From assembly GCA_965205945.1 (NCBI GenBank), contig CBDBIB010000003.1, positions 128,001-192,000 of the forward strand: a DNA stretch of 64,000 nt. The letters run 5' to 3'. Source of the DNA: Bdellovibrionales bacterium (GTDB lineage Bacteria; Bdellovibrionota; Bdellovibrionia; Bdellovibrionales; UBA1609). Shown here in pieces: positions 38,728 through 49,217 of this stretch. Each line of letters opens with the position of its first letter. Within the stretch, counting starts at the first letter, position 1. Under the pieces are notes generated by a model, which made no database searches, was not told where the DNA came from, and worked only from the letters and a program-made list of their open reading frames with translations. The position numbers were made by a program, and so were the translations under genes.

Positions 38728-38971
38728 ACTTTTTAAATTTCTTAGTGATAGTTGTAGTGAGGTAATTTGCTATCTTATAATGTAGTGGAGGAGCAAATAA
38801 AGCACTTATAGTATTCCCTATTTTTTTAGCAATCATAAAAACAGCTATAAAATCTGTATTAGTTAATGCTATAGGGCCGTTTTGTTTAGTGGAGTCTACG
38901 GGAATAATTAGGGTTTGCTTAGTTTTTAAATATTTTTTGATTTTAATCCAAGTAGTTTTTGCTAACTTCAT
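38714..38971 (-). pseudogene. Degenerate, truncated creatininase-family gene
   Basis: TWIKIKKYL...LIIPVDSTKQNGP...TD resembles the creatininase N-terminus (P.GS.EQHGP...TD) with key residues lost; only 85 aa. Confidence 0.7.
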
Positions 38972-39053
38972 ACATTATAGCCTTTCTTAATTGGGTTTCA
39001 TCTGTTAGTTTCTTTTTTAAATAAGGTTATAAATTTATTATCAGGAGGTTTCA

Positions 39054-39635
39054 ATGGCTTTTCAATTACCAGAATTACCATATTCAAAAGACGCTTTAGC
39101 GCCGCATATTTCAGCAGAAACTTTAGAGTATCATTACGGCAAACATCATGCTGGTTATGTTGCTAAGCTTAATGCCGCTGTTCAGGGAACTGGCTATGCT
39201 GAAATGACTTTAGAAGAAGTGATTAAAAAATCTTCAGGAGGGCTTTTTAACAATGCAGCTCAGGTTTGGAATCATACTTTTTACTGGAATTCACTTTCTC
39301 CAAATGGTGGAGGTGAGCCTACAGGTGAGCTTGCTCAAACTATTACTGATGCTTTTGGAAGTTTTAACGAGTTTAAAGAGAAGTTTTCTACTGCCGCTGC
39401 AGGTCAATTTGGTTCTGGTTGGGCTTGGCTTGTTAAAAGTGAGGCTGGAGGGTTTGAGGTTATGACTTTTAAAGATGCTCAAACTCCCTTAACAAAAAAT
39501 GTTACCCCTCTTTTTACTTGCGATGTGTGGGAGCATGCTTATTATATTGACTATAGGAATGCTCGCCCCAAATATATTGAGAGTTTTTGGAATCTAGTAA
39601 ATTGGGATTTTGTTGAAGCTAATCTTAAAAAGTAG
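39054..39635 (+). CDS. sodB: Fe/Mn superoxide dismutase (Fe-type)
   Basis: HYGKHH, NNAAQVWNH, FGSGWAW, DVWEHAYY. Confidence 0.95.
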   Translation: MAFQLPELPYSKDALAPHISAETLEYHYGKHHAGYVAKLNAAVQGTGYAEMTLEEVIKKSSGGLFNNAAQVWNHTFYWNSLSPNGGGEPTGELAQTITDAFGSFNEFKEKFSTAAAGQFGSGWAWLVKSEAGGFEVMTFKDAQTPLTKNVTPLFTCDVWEHAYYIDYRNARPKYIESFWNLVNWDFVEANLKK

Positions 39636-39647
39636 TTAAGGGTTTAA

Positions 39648-40580
39648 ATGACTACATTTAAAATTATAATTATTAGTGTTGCGCTTGTTTTTGTAAGCGC
39701 ATTTTTTTTATTGATCACATTTTTATTTAAAAAACTTAATAATCAAGACCAAAGACTTCTTAAACTCTTAGACAATACACAGCCTGTGGGTTCTTCTTTA
39801 ATGCTTTTTTCTAAAGAACTTGGAGAGATAAAAGAAGCTACAAGAAATGTTGAAATTTTAAAAGAAAATATTTTTAAATCTTTTAAAGAGCAGGATACAC
39901 GTTTAAAACCTATTGATGAAGGAATGACTCATCTTCTAGATTATTTTGGGACATTAAAGAAAAATGCTGGAAAAGTTGGGGAATTAACGTTTGATCTTTT
40001 AGTGGAACAACTTCCTCCAGGAAAACTTTTAAAAGATATAACTTTTAACAATCAAGCACGGCTTGAATTTTTAATTGAAGCGGGTGGAGAGTGGGTACCT
40101 GTAGATTCCAAATTTTCTAAAAATCCAAAGATATATTTTAAAAAAGCAGTTGAAGATGTTTCTTCAAAATATTTAGGAAAAAGAATTTTAGGAATTAAGG
40201 AGAATCCTTCAGCTATTGAAACTTCTAATATTGAGTCAGCAAGTTTTGGATTGGTGTTTTTCCCATCTGATGAAGCTTTATTTGAGGTGTATAGGTCAGA
40301 TGAACTTAGGCAGCTTATGATTGATAAAAGAGTATGGGCTGTTTCACCTTCAAATTTTTACTGGCAGCTTTTTTATTTTAAATGGATGGAGGGGCAGGCA
40401 AATACTGCTCAAAATTCTTCAGCTATACTTAGATCAATGAACATGGGTTTAATGGAAGTGAATAAGGCTGTGGAAGCTTTAGATTTAGTAGAAAAACAAC
40501 TTAGACAGAGTCTTATTAATTTTGAAAAATCTAAGAAAGCATTGTCTAAAGTAAATGAATTTTTTAGTAAAGATTTGTAA
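39648..40580 (+). CDS. RmuC-like DNA recombination protein
   Basis: N-terminal TM, G.VGE..., VPVDSKF, DVSSKY, FFPSDE, VSP motifs. Confidence 0.7.
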   Translation: MTTFKIIIISVALVFVSAFFLLITFLFKKLNNQDQRLLKLLDNTQPVGSSLMLFSKELGEIKEATRNVEILKENIFKSFKEQDTRLKPIDEGMTHLLDYFGTLKKNAGKVGELTFDLLVEQLPPGKLLKDITFNNQARLEFLIEAGGEWVPVDSKFSKNPKIYFKKAVEDVSSKYLGKRILGIKENPSAIETSNIESASFGLVFFPSDEALFEVYRSDELRQLMIDKRVWAVSPSNFYWQLFYFKWMEGQANTAQNSSAILRSMNMGLMEVNKAVEALDLVEKQLRQSLINFEKSKKALSKVNEFFSKDL

Positions 40581-40778
40581 AATAGAAAATATCTAAGATT
40601 AATAATTAAAAAAATAAATTTAAAAAATCTTCTAGTTTAACTTTTTTAAGTTAAATTTTATCGAATAATAAAGAAGGTAAAATTTCAGTGTTGTTGCACA
40701 TGAGAGCTTAACCTAAGATTAAAGATTTAAAAAAACACTCCCTACCCATTCTAAAATAAATGTAAGCGCCCTAAACTG

Positions 40779-42273
40779 CTGACTTTTACCCACAAATCAT
40801 AAGTTATTACCTGTTTTAATATCATTAAATTTTATCATCGCCCTCCACAGAACTTGTTGGCCTGGAGGTGGGCCAGAGTTCCTTGCTAAATAACCTCCTA
40901 GTCTTGCAAACGATTTTACAAATTTTGCCAAGCTATCATTTGCTCCTAATAACCTGCCTGACTGCTCTTCTAATTTTGATAACAAAACTTGTTCCTCTTT
41001 TGTAAAACAGTGATCTGCATTTACTTCGCAATCAACTCTAGAAATCCTTGAAATCCAAAATATTCGCCAAGCTAAAACACTCCTAAACGCTACATACTTT
41101 TTGATCCTCTCTAAACTCCTTAAACGACTTTTCTCTACACTAAAACCTGATTTTAACGCCTTAAAATACACTTTTATATTCCAACGAAGTTTATACCAGT
41201 TCACTTTCTCTATAGCCTCTTCAAAATTTGTTATTGGGATATTTGTTAAGAGTTTCTAATCAACTTGATCCTCTCGCTTAGGGCCATCTTCTTTTGCAGA
41301 TACAACATAGACCTCAACGGGGGGATAATCTTTACTCCTATGTGGAGAAGGCAGGACTGTAACTTTATAGAAGCGAATCTTTACTTTCGCAGTTCTTGCC
41401 TCTCTTTTATGAGTCTTAGGCAGATTGAGATTGTAACTGCCTACAGGAGCTGTTTTCGGGATATTATCATAAATCTTTATTTTCTTCCTTGATGTACACC
41501 TATCATAAACTCCACGAATTAAAAAGTTTGTACCAAAACTGATACAATTAAAAAATAACTCATACATATCCCCGCACCTCGGTCACAAATGTGCACTTGC
41601 TTTTCAGCTTGAAATTCAGCAACAACTAAGTTCACCCCCCTCAATCCAACTAAAACTTTCTTTTTCTTGAACAGGGACTCTGGTAAAGTTCTTTCCAGCT
41701 TTTCTTATTTTTCTTCTGTTTTTAGAATCACGAGACCACATTTTTTGATTCACTAAACCTAAAGGAACTCCCGTTTTACTTAATAGAGCAAGAGATGAAT
41801 GTATCATTAAACCTGGTGTATCGTACTCTTTACCATTTCGATGATCTATGTAGGACCCTAAGTATCCTGCGTTGCCTTAAAAGACTTTATTTTTTGAGAA
41901 AGTTATTTCACTTAAGTCATGTAAAATTAAAGACATATCATTTTCATCTAGAGCATTCATTCTGTTGAGCGTTTGTTTTATGTGAGGTTTGAGAATTTCT
42001 TCAGCCTGAAAGTTGTCATTATCAAAGAATCTATAAGCCGCCTTAGAAGATTTCCAATCTTGGCATGAAAAAGAGATAGACTCACCATTATTTTTACTCA
42101 AAGCCTCAGCAAGGTATTCAAGTCTGTGGTTAAGTCGTTTATCACCAAGTTGAGCATTTTTAAATTCATTTTTAATATTCACAAAAACTCCAATTCTTAA
42201 AATCAATTTGGAGTTTAATATTATTTTGATTTTAAAATTATAAAACCTAGACCTATTTGTGGGTAAAAGTCAG
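40779..42273 (-). mobile_element. IS4-family (Tn5/IS50-like) insertion sequence, inactive
   Basis: Perfect 19-bp terminal IRs CTGACTTTTACCCACAAAT (40779-40797, 42255-42273) resembling Tn5 ends; encloses transposase fragments. Confidence 0.92.
40797..42206 (-). pseudogene. IS4/Tn5 transposase split into at least four fragments
   Basis: LGDKRLNHRL, KAAYRFF, KES.SW, ARLGGYL..PPG; the Y..R...E......K motif reads WYKLRWNIKVYFKALK (catalytic E replaced by K). Confidence 0.92.
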
Positions 42274-42290
42274 GGTTTTAGATCGCTTAC

Positions 42291-42425
42291 ATCAGTATGA
42301 GCTTAAGTGCTGACGGCAACACTTTGGCTGTGGGGGCATTTTATGAAGGCAGTAATGAAACAGGTATTGGTGGTGATCAAAGTAATGATTTAGTCTCTGA
42401 GTCAGGTGCGGTTTATTTGTATTAA
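42291..42425 (+). pseudogene. C-terminal remnant of an FG-GAP/integrin-like repeat protein
   Basis: Manual translation ISMSLSADGNTLAVGAFYEGSNETGIGGDQSNDLVSESGAVYLY*; not in the ORF track; abuts the IS flank. Confidence 0.85.
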
Positions 42426-42511
42426 CCGAGCCTGTAAAAGCTCCCCTAATTAAAGTAAAACTCTCATATGAATTACCACATACAAGAGGGAGCCTGCAAA
42501 GAGTCTGTAAT

Positions 42512-43924
42512 TTATTTTACAGGCTCTAGAAATGGAGCCCAATTTCTTGGAGGTTTATCTAGATTTTCATCTTCATAAGCTTCTATCGGAGGTTCTGGGC
42601 CAAGACTTGAGGTTGAATTGTTTAAGAACCTACCTGTGTGTGGATCCCATCTAAGTTTTACGGTTCCTATTGGACCGTTTCGTTGTTTTCCTACAATAAT
42701 TTCTGCAGTCCCTGTGGGGTTTTCTTTTTCATAGTAGTCTTCACGATAGATCATCATAATGACATCAGCATCTTGCTCAATTGATCCAGACTCACGTAAG
42801 TCAGAAAGCATGGGTCGTCTATCAGACCTGCCTTCAACACCACGGTTAAGCTGTGCTAGAGCAAGTACAGGGACATTTAATTCTTTTGCTAAGGCTTTTA
42901 GACCTTTTGAGATTTCAGCCACTTCACGTTCACGAGAATCAAACCTTTGTTTCATGCCCATTAACTGAAGGTAATCAATCATGATTAAATCTAGTCCGCC
43001 TTTTGCTTTAAGTTTTCGAGCTTTAGATCTAATTTCAAAAGGGCTAATTCCAGTTGTGTCATCAATATATAAATTAGAGTCTGCAATTTTTGCAGCAGTA
43101 TTAATAATTGCAGGCCAAGTTTTTTCATTTAGCCTGCCTGTTCGGATATTAGATAAACTTACTTTAGACTCAATACCTAAAATTCTCATCATTAAAATTT
43201 CTTTAGGCATTTCTATAGAGAAATATGCAATAGATTTTTTTTCAACAAAAGCTGCATGACATGCAATATTTAAAGATAATGCAGTTTTACCCATGGAGGG
43301 ACGAGCTGCTAGAATTGACATCTCTCCGGGCTGTAGGCCTGAAAGCATTTCATCTAAATCAACAAACCCTGTTGGTATGCCTGTTATGGTGCCTGGGTTT
43401 GCATAGAGTTTTTCAAGTCGCTCTAGACTTAGTTTTACTAGATCAGAAGAGGCCATTAAATTACTATCAGGTGTTTTTAAATTTGAAAGAGTGAAAACAT
43501 TAGACTCAGCTTTTTCAAAAAAAGTTTCAACATCCTTAAAATCTCCAGTATAACCAGTTTCTACAATTTCCATTGCAGACTTAATCATCATTCGAACAAG
43601 AGATTTTTCTTTAATAATATTTGCATATTCTTTTATATGTGTAATCGAGGGTGTGCTATCAATGATTTCAGTAAGGTACTGAATTCCTCCAATGGAGTTT
43701 ATTTCATTTGTAGTTTTTAATTGGTTTGACACCACAATTAGATCTGTTGATTGACCTTTTTTTGTAAGTTCTCTGAGTGTTGAAAATATTTTTTTATGAG
43801 CAGGTTTATAAAAATCGCTGTCCACTATTTGGTCAGCGATTTCATCCCAAGCTTCAGGTGAGAGCATGAGTCCACCTAAAACTGCTTGTTCTGCTTCTAA
43901 GCTATGAGGAGGTATTTTTTCCAT
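42512..43924 (-). CDS. dnaB: Replicative DNA helicase
   Basis: PPHSLEAEQAVLG, AARPSMGKT, IDYLQLM, LSDLRESGSIEQDAD, KQRNGPIG; no intein. Confidence 0.98.
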   Translation of the reverse strand: MEKIPPHSLEAEQAVLGGLMLSPEAWDEIADQIVDSDFYKPAHKKIFSTLRELTKKGQSTDLIVVSNQLKTTNEINSIGGIQYLTEIIDSTPSITHIKEYANIIKEKSLVRMMIKSAMEIVETGYTGDFKDVETFFEKAESNVFTLSNLKTPDSNLMASSDLVKLSLERLEKLYANPGTITGIPTGFVDLDEMLSGLQPGEMSILAARPSMGKTALSLNIACHAAFVEKKSIAYFSIEMPKEILMMRILGIESKVSLSNIRTGRLNEKTWPAIINTAAKIADSNLYIDDTTGISPFEIRSKARKLKAKGGLDLIMIDYLQLMGMKQRFDSREREVAEISKGLKALAKELNVPVLALAQLNRGVEGRSDRRPMLSDLRESGSIEQDADVIMMIYREDYYEKENPTGTAEIIVGKQRNGPIGTVKLRWDPHTGRFLNNSTSSLGPEPPIEAYEDENLDKPPRNWAPFLEPVK

Positions 43925-43954
43925 TAATTTCTTAGAAGAGTATTTAAAATATTT

Positions 43955-44299
43955 TTAGTTAAGTCTAAGACGACGAGGCTTAATGTTGTAGTTATCAATT
44001 TTCTTTTTAAGAGTGTTTCTATTGATGCCAAGCATTTGCGCAGTTCTTACTTGGTTACCATTGTATGCTTTTAAAGAGAGTTCAATAAGTGGCTTTTCAA
44101 CCTGTTCCATTACTAAACCGTATAAGCCGTTAAGCTCAACCCTAGTTTCTTTTTGCTGACGAAAAAGGATTTTTAATTTGCTTCTTACTAACTCTTCAAG
44201 ACTTATCTGAGTTAAGTTTGCAACAAGCATATCACCAGTATTTGATTGTTGAGTTTGTTGTTGTTGACCAGTAGTAAATGTTTCGTTTGTTGTTTGCAC
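43955..44299 (-). CDS. fis: Fis-family DNA-binding protein
   Basis: LYGLVMEQVEKPLI...GNQVRTAQMLGINRNTLKKK; GAGGAG RBS before the GTG start. Confidence 0.88.
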   Translation of the reverse strand: MQTTNETFTTGQQQQTQQSNTGDMLVANLTQISLEELVRSKLKILFRQQKETRVELNGLYGLVMEQVEKPLIELSLKAYNGNQVRTAQMLGINRNTLKKKIDNYNIKPRRLRLN

Positions 44300-44308
44300 G
44301 GTTTCTCC

Positions 44309-44950
44309 TCATGTCCCTTTTGTTGTTGTGGCCCAAATTACTTTATGGAGCTGAATTTGCAACCTTATTTTTTGCCCAGACATTAAAATCTTTTCAGCAA
44401 GCCATTTTGTTGAAATTTGTCCATAACAAGGACTAAATAGTATTTTGGTATTTTGGAACATGTGATGTTTTGCGGCAAAGTTAATTGACCAATTAAAATC
44501 TGCTTCAGAACAGATTACGAACTTGAATTCTGTATTGTTATCACCTAAAAAATGTAAATTTTTTATGCAAAAAGCATTAGATTCACCAGAATCAGGAGTT
44601 TTAATATCTATGATTTTAAGGACCTTAGAAGGAATTAAAGCGCAATCCAGATCTCCAGAGGTTTCAATAGAGCAATTATAGTCTTTAGCAAGGAGTTTTT
44701 TTATTAATGATATGATGTTTTTTTGCAACAAGGGTTCGCCTCCAGTAAGACAAACTCTTTTACATGGATATTGGGAGATTTTTTTTAAAATTTCTTCATC
44801 ACCCATACGAATTCCATCATGATAAGCATAAGTTGTGTCACAATAACTACATCTAAGATGACATCCTGAGGTACGAATGAATATTGTTGGCAGACCTGTA
44901 AGGCTTGATTCTCCTTGAATAGAGTAAAAAATCTCATTTATTTTAATCAT
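44309..44950 (-). CDS. queE: 7-carboxy-7-deazaguanine synthase (radical SAM)
   Basis: EIFYSIQGE, CHLRCSYCDT, TGGEPL, QLHKVIW. Confidence 0.92.
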   Translation of the reverse strand: MIKINEIFYSIQGESSLTGLPTIFIRTSGCHLRCSYCDTTYAYHDGIRMGDEEILKKISQYPCKRVCLTGGEPLLQKNIISLIKKLLAKDYNCSIETSGDLDCALIPSKVLKIIDIKTPDSGESNAFCIKNLHFLGDNNTEFKFVICSEADFNWSINFAAKHHMFQNTKILFSPCYGQISTKWLAEKILMSGQKIRLQIQLHKVIWATTTKGT

Positions 44951-45138
44951 TTGGCTTAAAATAGTAGATAGGCCTATTTAAGTGAAGAAAAATCTTATAA
45001 ATATCATAAAATGCCATAAATAAACTCCCATAAGACAGGTGGAGCCACTATTTACTTAGGTGTAAGTAGGAAAGAAAAGCCCCTAGGTTACTTAAATATT
45101 ATGAAATACCTTTTTTAAGGGCTAGAAAAAAGATAGTT

Positions 45139-47427
45139 TTGTTAACAAAAAAAGCTAGAATAGTTACAATTAAAACTGTGAAAGAAAATACATATAAAGC
45201 TAAAATTAAAACAGAACTTTTATCTATAAGCTATTTAGCTGCTAGCGGGCTTACAGCGCTATCGTTATTTTCCTATAGTCCTAGTGATTTATCTTTTCAT
45301 TCAAAATCATATAATTGGTCAGAACCAACAAATAATATTTGTGGTTTTTTAGGGTCGTTTTTATCAGATATTTTATATCAATTTTTAGGCTTAGGAGCAT
45401 GGGGTGTTGTTTTATTTTTTTTCTGGATGTTTTGGTCAAGAATTAAGGAGATTAAGCCAAGTTCTGAAAAGATTATTTTTTATTTTGTGGGTTTGTTTAG
45501 CTTTTGCCTAGCGTTTGGTTTTTATAAAGATTTTTATCTTTATAACAATTTGATTTTTTCTGGTGGAATGTTGGGAAAAGGGACGTTTCAAGCAATGTAT
45601 CCTTTTGTTAGTAGAGGTGGAATTTTTATTTTTATTGGGATTACTATTTTTCTAACAGCCTTGGTTTTTATTGAAAAAACCTTAGTAGAAATTTTATGTT
45701 CAGATTTTTTTAAGTTTAAATTTAAAAAGAAAGAATTCAGTAGCGAAAGTGAAAATGATTATTTAGAAAAAGCTTTCAAAGATGAATCAACTATAGAAGA
45801 AAATTTTTTAGAATCAATGAAAGAAAGTGATGGCCCTTCATCGTTTAAAATACCTAAGATTAAACGTCTTTCTCATAAAACAGATGTAAATATACTAAAG
45901 GTGCAATCTAATTTAAAGGAAGATCATTGGGAACTTCCTGATTTAGAGTTGTTAGCAAAAGTTCCTAAGGATGAATCATCACAGATAAAAGATGAAGAGA
46001 TTCAAGAAAAAGCAAAATTATTAGTAGCTAAATTAGAGCAGTTTAATGTAAAGGGAAAAATAACAGGTATACACACAGGCCCTACAGTTACGCTTTTTGA
46101 ATTCAAACCAAATGTGAACGTTAAAATTTCTAAAATTACAGAGCTTGCAGATGATTTATCATTAGCTTTAGCAAGTGAATCTGTTCGTATTATTGCACCT
46201 ATTCCAGGAAGAGATGTTGTTGGAATTGAATCATCAAATGCAACAAGAGGAATAGTTTATTTAAAAGAAATCTTAAGTTCACAAGATTTTTGGGACGAAA
46301 GCTTTAAAATCCCTATGGCTTTAGGAAAGAGAGCTGATGGTCACCCCATGGTTGTAGATTTAAGAAAAATGCCTCATTTATTGGTTGCAGGTTCTACAGG
46401 TTCGGGAAAATCTGTTTTTGTTGTTTCAACGATCACAAGTTTATTAATGCGTTATTCTCCTAAAGAGTTAAGACTAATGATGGTGGATCCAAAACAAGTT
46501 GATTTAGCCGCTTTTGAAGGTTTACCACATCTAATCTTGCCTATAATAAAAGACCCTAAAAAAGCAATTTCTTCTCTTCGTTGGGCAATTAGGGAAATGG
46601 ATAAAAGATATAGGTCCATGGCACAATTTGGAGCAAGAAATTTAGAAGATTTTAATGGAATTGTTGTAGATCTAGAAGATGAAGAATATCAAGAGTGTGA
46701 GGAAGAAAATAAAAAATTTGAAGAAAAAAGGCAGAAAACAAAAACATATTATTTTAAAAAACTTCCTTATATAGTTATAATTGTTGAAGAGTTTGGTGAT
46801 GTGATGGCTGTGGATAAGAATAATGTTGAAACCGCTGTTGTTAGACTTGCTCAAATGGCTAGAGCATGTGGAATACACTTGATTCTTGCCATGCAATCAC
46901 CAAGAAAAGATGTTGTAACAGGCTTAATAAAAACAAATATTCCGGGTAGGATAAGTTTTAAAGTTGCAAGTAAAACAGATTCAAGAATTATTTTAGATGA
47001 ATCTGGTGGAGAAAGACTCCTTGCAAGAGGGGATATGTTATTTTTAGTCCCAGGCATGTTAAAGCCTCTTAGAGCCCATGGTTCTTGGGTTCCAGAGAAT
47101 GATGTTTCTAATATAGTTGATCATTGGAAAGAACAAGGAGAGCCGGAATATTTGGTTGAGTTGGAAGATGAAGAGTCTGAGGGCTTAGGGTATGGAGAAG
47201 GCTTGGATATAGAAGAGCGGTTAGATGATAGGTACGATGAGATTTTAAACTTTGTATCGACTCAAAAAACAGTAAGCGCATCATTATTACAGAGACGTTT
47301 TAGGCTAGGTTATCCGCGCGCAGCACGTTTAATTGAGGATATGGAGTCTCAAGGCGTTGTGGGCTCGACTCAAGGTGGCAAGCCAAGAAAGGTTCTTATA
47401 GAACCATTCTCAGATACAGGTGTATAA
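45139..47427 (+). CDS. ftsK: DNA translocase FtsK
   Basis: N-terminal 4TM, PHLLVAGSTGSGKS, ARACGIHL, gamma domain SLLQRRFRLGYPRAARL; start codon uncertain. Confidence 0.96.
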   Translation: MLTKKARIVTIKTVKENTYKAKIKTELLSISYLAASGLTALSLFSYSPSDLSFHSKSYNWSEPTNNICGFLGSFLSDILYQFLGLGAWGVVLFFFWMFWSRIKEIKPSSEKIIFYFVGLFSFCLAFGFYKDFYLYNNLIFSGGMLGKGTFQAMYPFVSRGGIFIFIGITIFLTALVFIEKTLVEILCSDFFKFKFKKKEFSSESENDYLEKAFKDESTIEENFLESMKESDGPSSFKIPKIKRLSHKTDVNILKVQSNLKEDHWELPDLELLAKVPKDESSQIKDEEIQEKAKLLVAKLEQFNVKGKITGIHTGPTVTLFEFKPNVNVKISKITELADDLSLALASESVRIIAPIPGRDVVGIESSNATRGIVYLKEILSSQDFWDESFKIPMALGKRADGHPMVVDLRKMPHLLVAGSTGSGKSVFVVSTITSLLMRYSPKELRLMMVDPKQVDLAAFEGLPHLILPIIKDPKKAISSLRWAIREMDKRYRSMAQFGARNLEDFNGIVVDLEDEEYQECEEENKKFEEKRQKTKTYYFKKLPYIVIIVEEFGDVMAVDKNNVETAVVRLAQMARACGIHLILAMQSPRKDVVTGLIKTNIPGRISFKVASKTDSRIILDESGGERLLARGDMLFLVPGMLKPLRAHGSWVPENDVSNIVDHWKEQGEPEYLVELEDEESEGLGYGEGLDIEERLDDRYDEILNFVSTQKTVSASLLQRRFRLGYPRAARLIEDMESQGVVGSTQGGKPRKVLIEPFSDTGV

Positions 47428-47475
47428 AATAGAAACTCTTGACCAGAAGGGTGTTTAGGATGTTTTTATAAGAAC

Positions 47476-47649
47476 ATGAAATATATATTAATATGTATCG
47501 TAGTAGTTTATTTTTTTGGTTGTGGTGTTAAAGGAGCTCCTATGCCAAGAAAAGATAAGGTGTTTATTAAGCCTTCAGAAGTTAAAAAGACTTTAATAAA
47601 AATTAAAGATGTAAAACAAGAACCTATTAAAAAGAAAGAAAAAAAGTAA
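47476..47649 (+). CDS. Small lipoprotein, LptM/YifL/LppL-like (missed by the ORF track)
   Basis: 57 aa MKYILICIVVVYFFG-CGVKGAPMP...; lipobox plus CG.KG.P motif; its stop overlaps the dapA start. Confidence 0.75.
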   Translation: MKYILICIVVVYFFGCGVKGAPMPRKDKVFIKPSEVKKTLIKIKDVKQEPIKKKEKK

Positions 47650-48512
47650 TGGCGGTAACTGGTGGAATGATTACAGCACTAATCACACCATTTAATGATG
47701 ATAATCAAGTTGATTTTACATCATTAAAAAAACTTGTTAGAAAACAAGTTAAAGATGGTGTTGATGGATTTGTTGTTTCTGGAACAACAGCTGAAAGCCC
47801 TAATTTATCTGAAAAAGAAGTGGAATCAATTTTTAAGGTTGTTAAAGAAAACAGTCCAAAAGGATTTCAAATTATTTTAGGAGTCGGGACAAACTCTACT
47901 AAAGAGACTGTGGATAAGATAAAAGCCTTTAAGCACCTAGATCCGTCAGGCTATTTAATTGTAGTGCCGTATTATAATAAGCCAAGCCAAGAAGGAATGA
48001 TTGAGCATTTTAAGGTTGTTGCAAAAGCTACAACAAAAGATATAGTTTTATATGATATTCCTGCAAGGTCGGTTGTAGAATTAGAGATTCAAACTATTCA
48101 AGAGCTTTCAAAAGTTTCAAATATTATTGGTATTAAGGATGCTACGGGAAAAATTTCAAAGCTAAGAGATTTAAAGGCTTCAGGAAAAATTTTAAAAGAT
48201 TTTATTTTTATGTCTGGAGACGATGGTTCAACTTGTGAGTTTATTAAAGAAGGTGGACAGGGTGTTATATCAGTTTTATCTCATGTAATTCCAAAAGAGT
48301 TTAAGAAATGTATGATGGGAAAGGATGATTTTTCTAAATATGCAAATTTGTGTAATCTTTTATTCATAGAACCGAACCCAACACCAGTGAAATTTGCGTT
48401 AAAAGAGTTAGGTGTAATTGCTCATGATGGTCTTAGGCTGCCGCTTTTACGGATTACTAATGAAACTGCATTTAAAGTCCAAGTTGAACTTAAAGCTTTA
48501 GGGGTTTTGTAA
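47649..48512 (+). CDS. dapA: 4-hydroxy-tetrahydrodipicolinate synthase
   Basis: TALITPF, GTTAES, PYYNKP, GIKDATG, SGDD, EPNPTPVK. Confidence 0.95.
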   Translation: MAVTGGMITALITPFNDDNQVDFTSLKKLVRKQVKDGVDGFVVSGTTAESPNLSEKEVESIFKVVKENSPKGFQIILGVGTNSTKETVDKIKAFKHLDPSGYLIVVPYYNKPSQEGMIEHFKVVAKATTKDIVLYDIPARSVVELEIQTIQELSKVSNIIGIKDATGKISKLRDLKASGKILKDFIFMSGDDGSTCEFIKEGGQGVISVLSHVIPKEFKKCMMGKDDFSKYANLCNLLFIEPNPTPVKFALKELGVIAHDGLRLPLLRITNETAFKVQVELKALGVL

Positions 48513-49198
48513 TGTTAAGAGTAGGGGTTTGCGGTTCAAGTGGTCGTATGGGAATGGCTGTTAAAGAACAGATTATAAAAGAGAGTGATAGATTTGATTA
48601 CGTTTTAGGGTTTGCGAGCAAAAAATCTGATGAAAAAACATTGCTCAGTTTAAACGACTGGTCGCCAGATTTAATTGATGCTGTCATAGATTTTTCCCTA
48701 CCAGATTCATTTAAAAAAGTTTTTAAATGGTGCTCAAAATATGAGAAACCACTAGTTAGCGGAACTACAGGTTTTGATTTAAAGGAGTATAAGAAAAGAG
48801 CAAATTTTTTATTTATGCATTCTGGTAACTACAGTCTTGGTGTTGCAGGGCTTATTAAAAGCATTGAGAGTTTTAAAAATATAAGTCCAAATGCTCAGAT
48901 CTGGGTTGAGGATTATCATCATTTAAACAAGTTAGATTCACCAAGTGGGACTGCTATTAAAATAAAGAGTAAGATTCAAAAGTCTTTTAGTAGACAAGAT
49001 GTTGAAATAAATACGGTAAGAGCAGGTTTGATTTTTGGGATTCATAGTATTCATATTGTTACAGACCAGGAGTGGGTAACGTTAACTCACAAGGCTTTAA
49101 ATAGGGAAGTTTTTGCACAGGGTGCTTTAAATGCGTTAGAATGGCTTGTTAGACAAAAAACGGGGGTTTATACCTTTAAAGATTTTTTAGGGTTTTAA
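48512..49198 (+). CDS. dapB: 4-hydroxy-tetrahydrodipicolinate reductase
   Basis: GSSGRMG, IDFS, SGTTG, HH..KLDSPSGTA. Confidence 0.93.
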   Translation: MLRVGVCGSSGRMGMAVKEQIIKESDRFDYVLGFASKKSDEKTLLSLNDWSPDLIDAVIDFSLPDSFKKVFKWCSKYEKPLVSGTTGFDLKEYKKRANFLFMHSGNYSLGVAGLIKSIESFKNISPNAQIWVEDYHHLNKLDSPSGTAIKIKSKIQKSFSRQDVEINTVRAGLIFGIHSIHIVTDQEWVTLTHKALNREVFAQGALNALEWLVRQKTGVYTFKDFLGF

Positions 49199-49217
49199 TT
49201 TAATATAAAGGAAGGGT

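Noticed and set aside
44951..45138. preQ1 riboswitch upstream of queE
   Set aside because: No match by eye to the preQ1-I stem plus A-rich tail pattern on the minus strand; a covariance search would be needed to exclude it.
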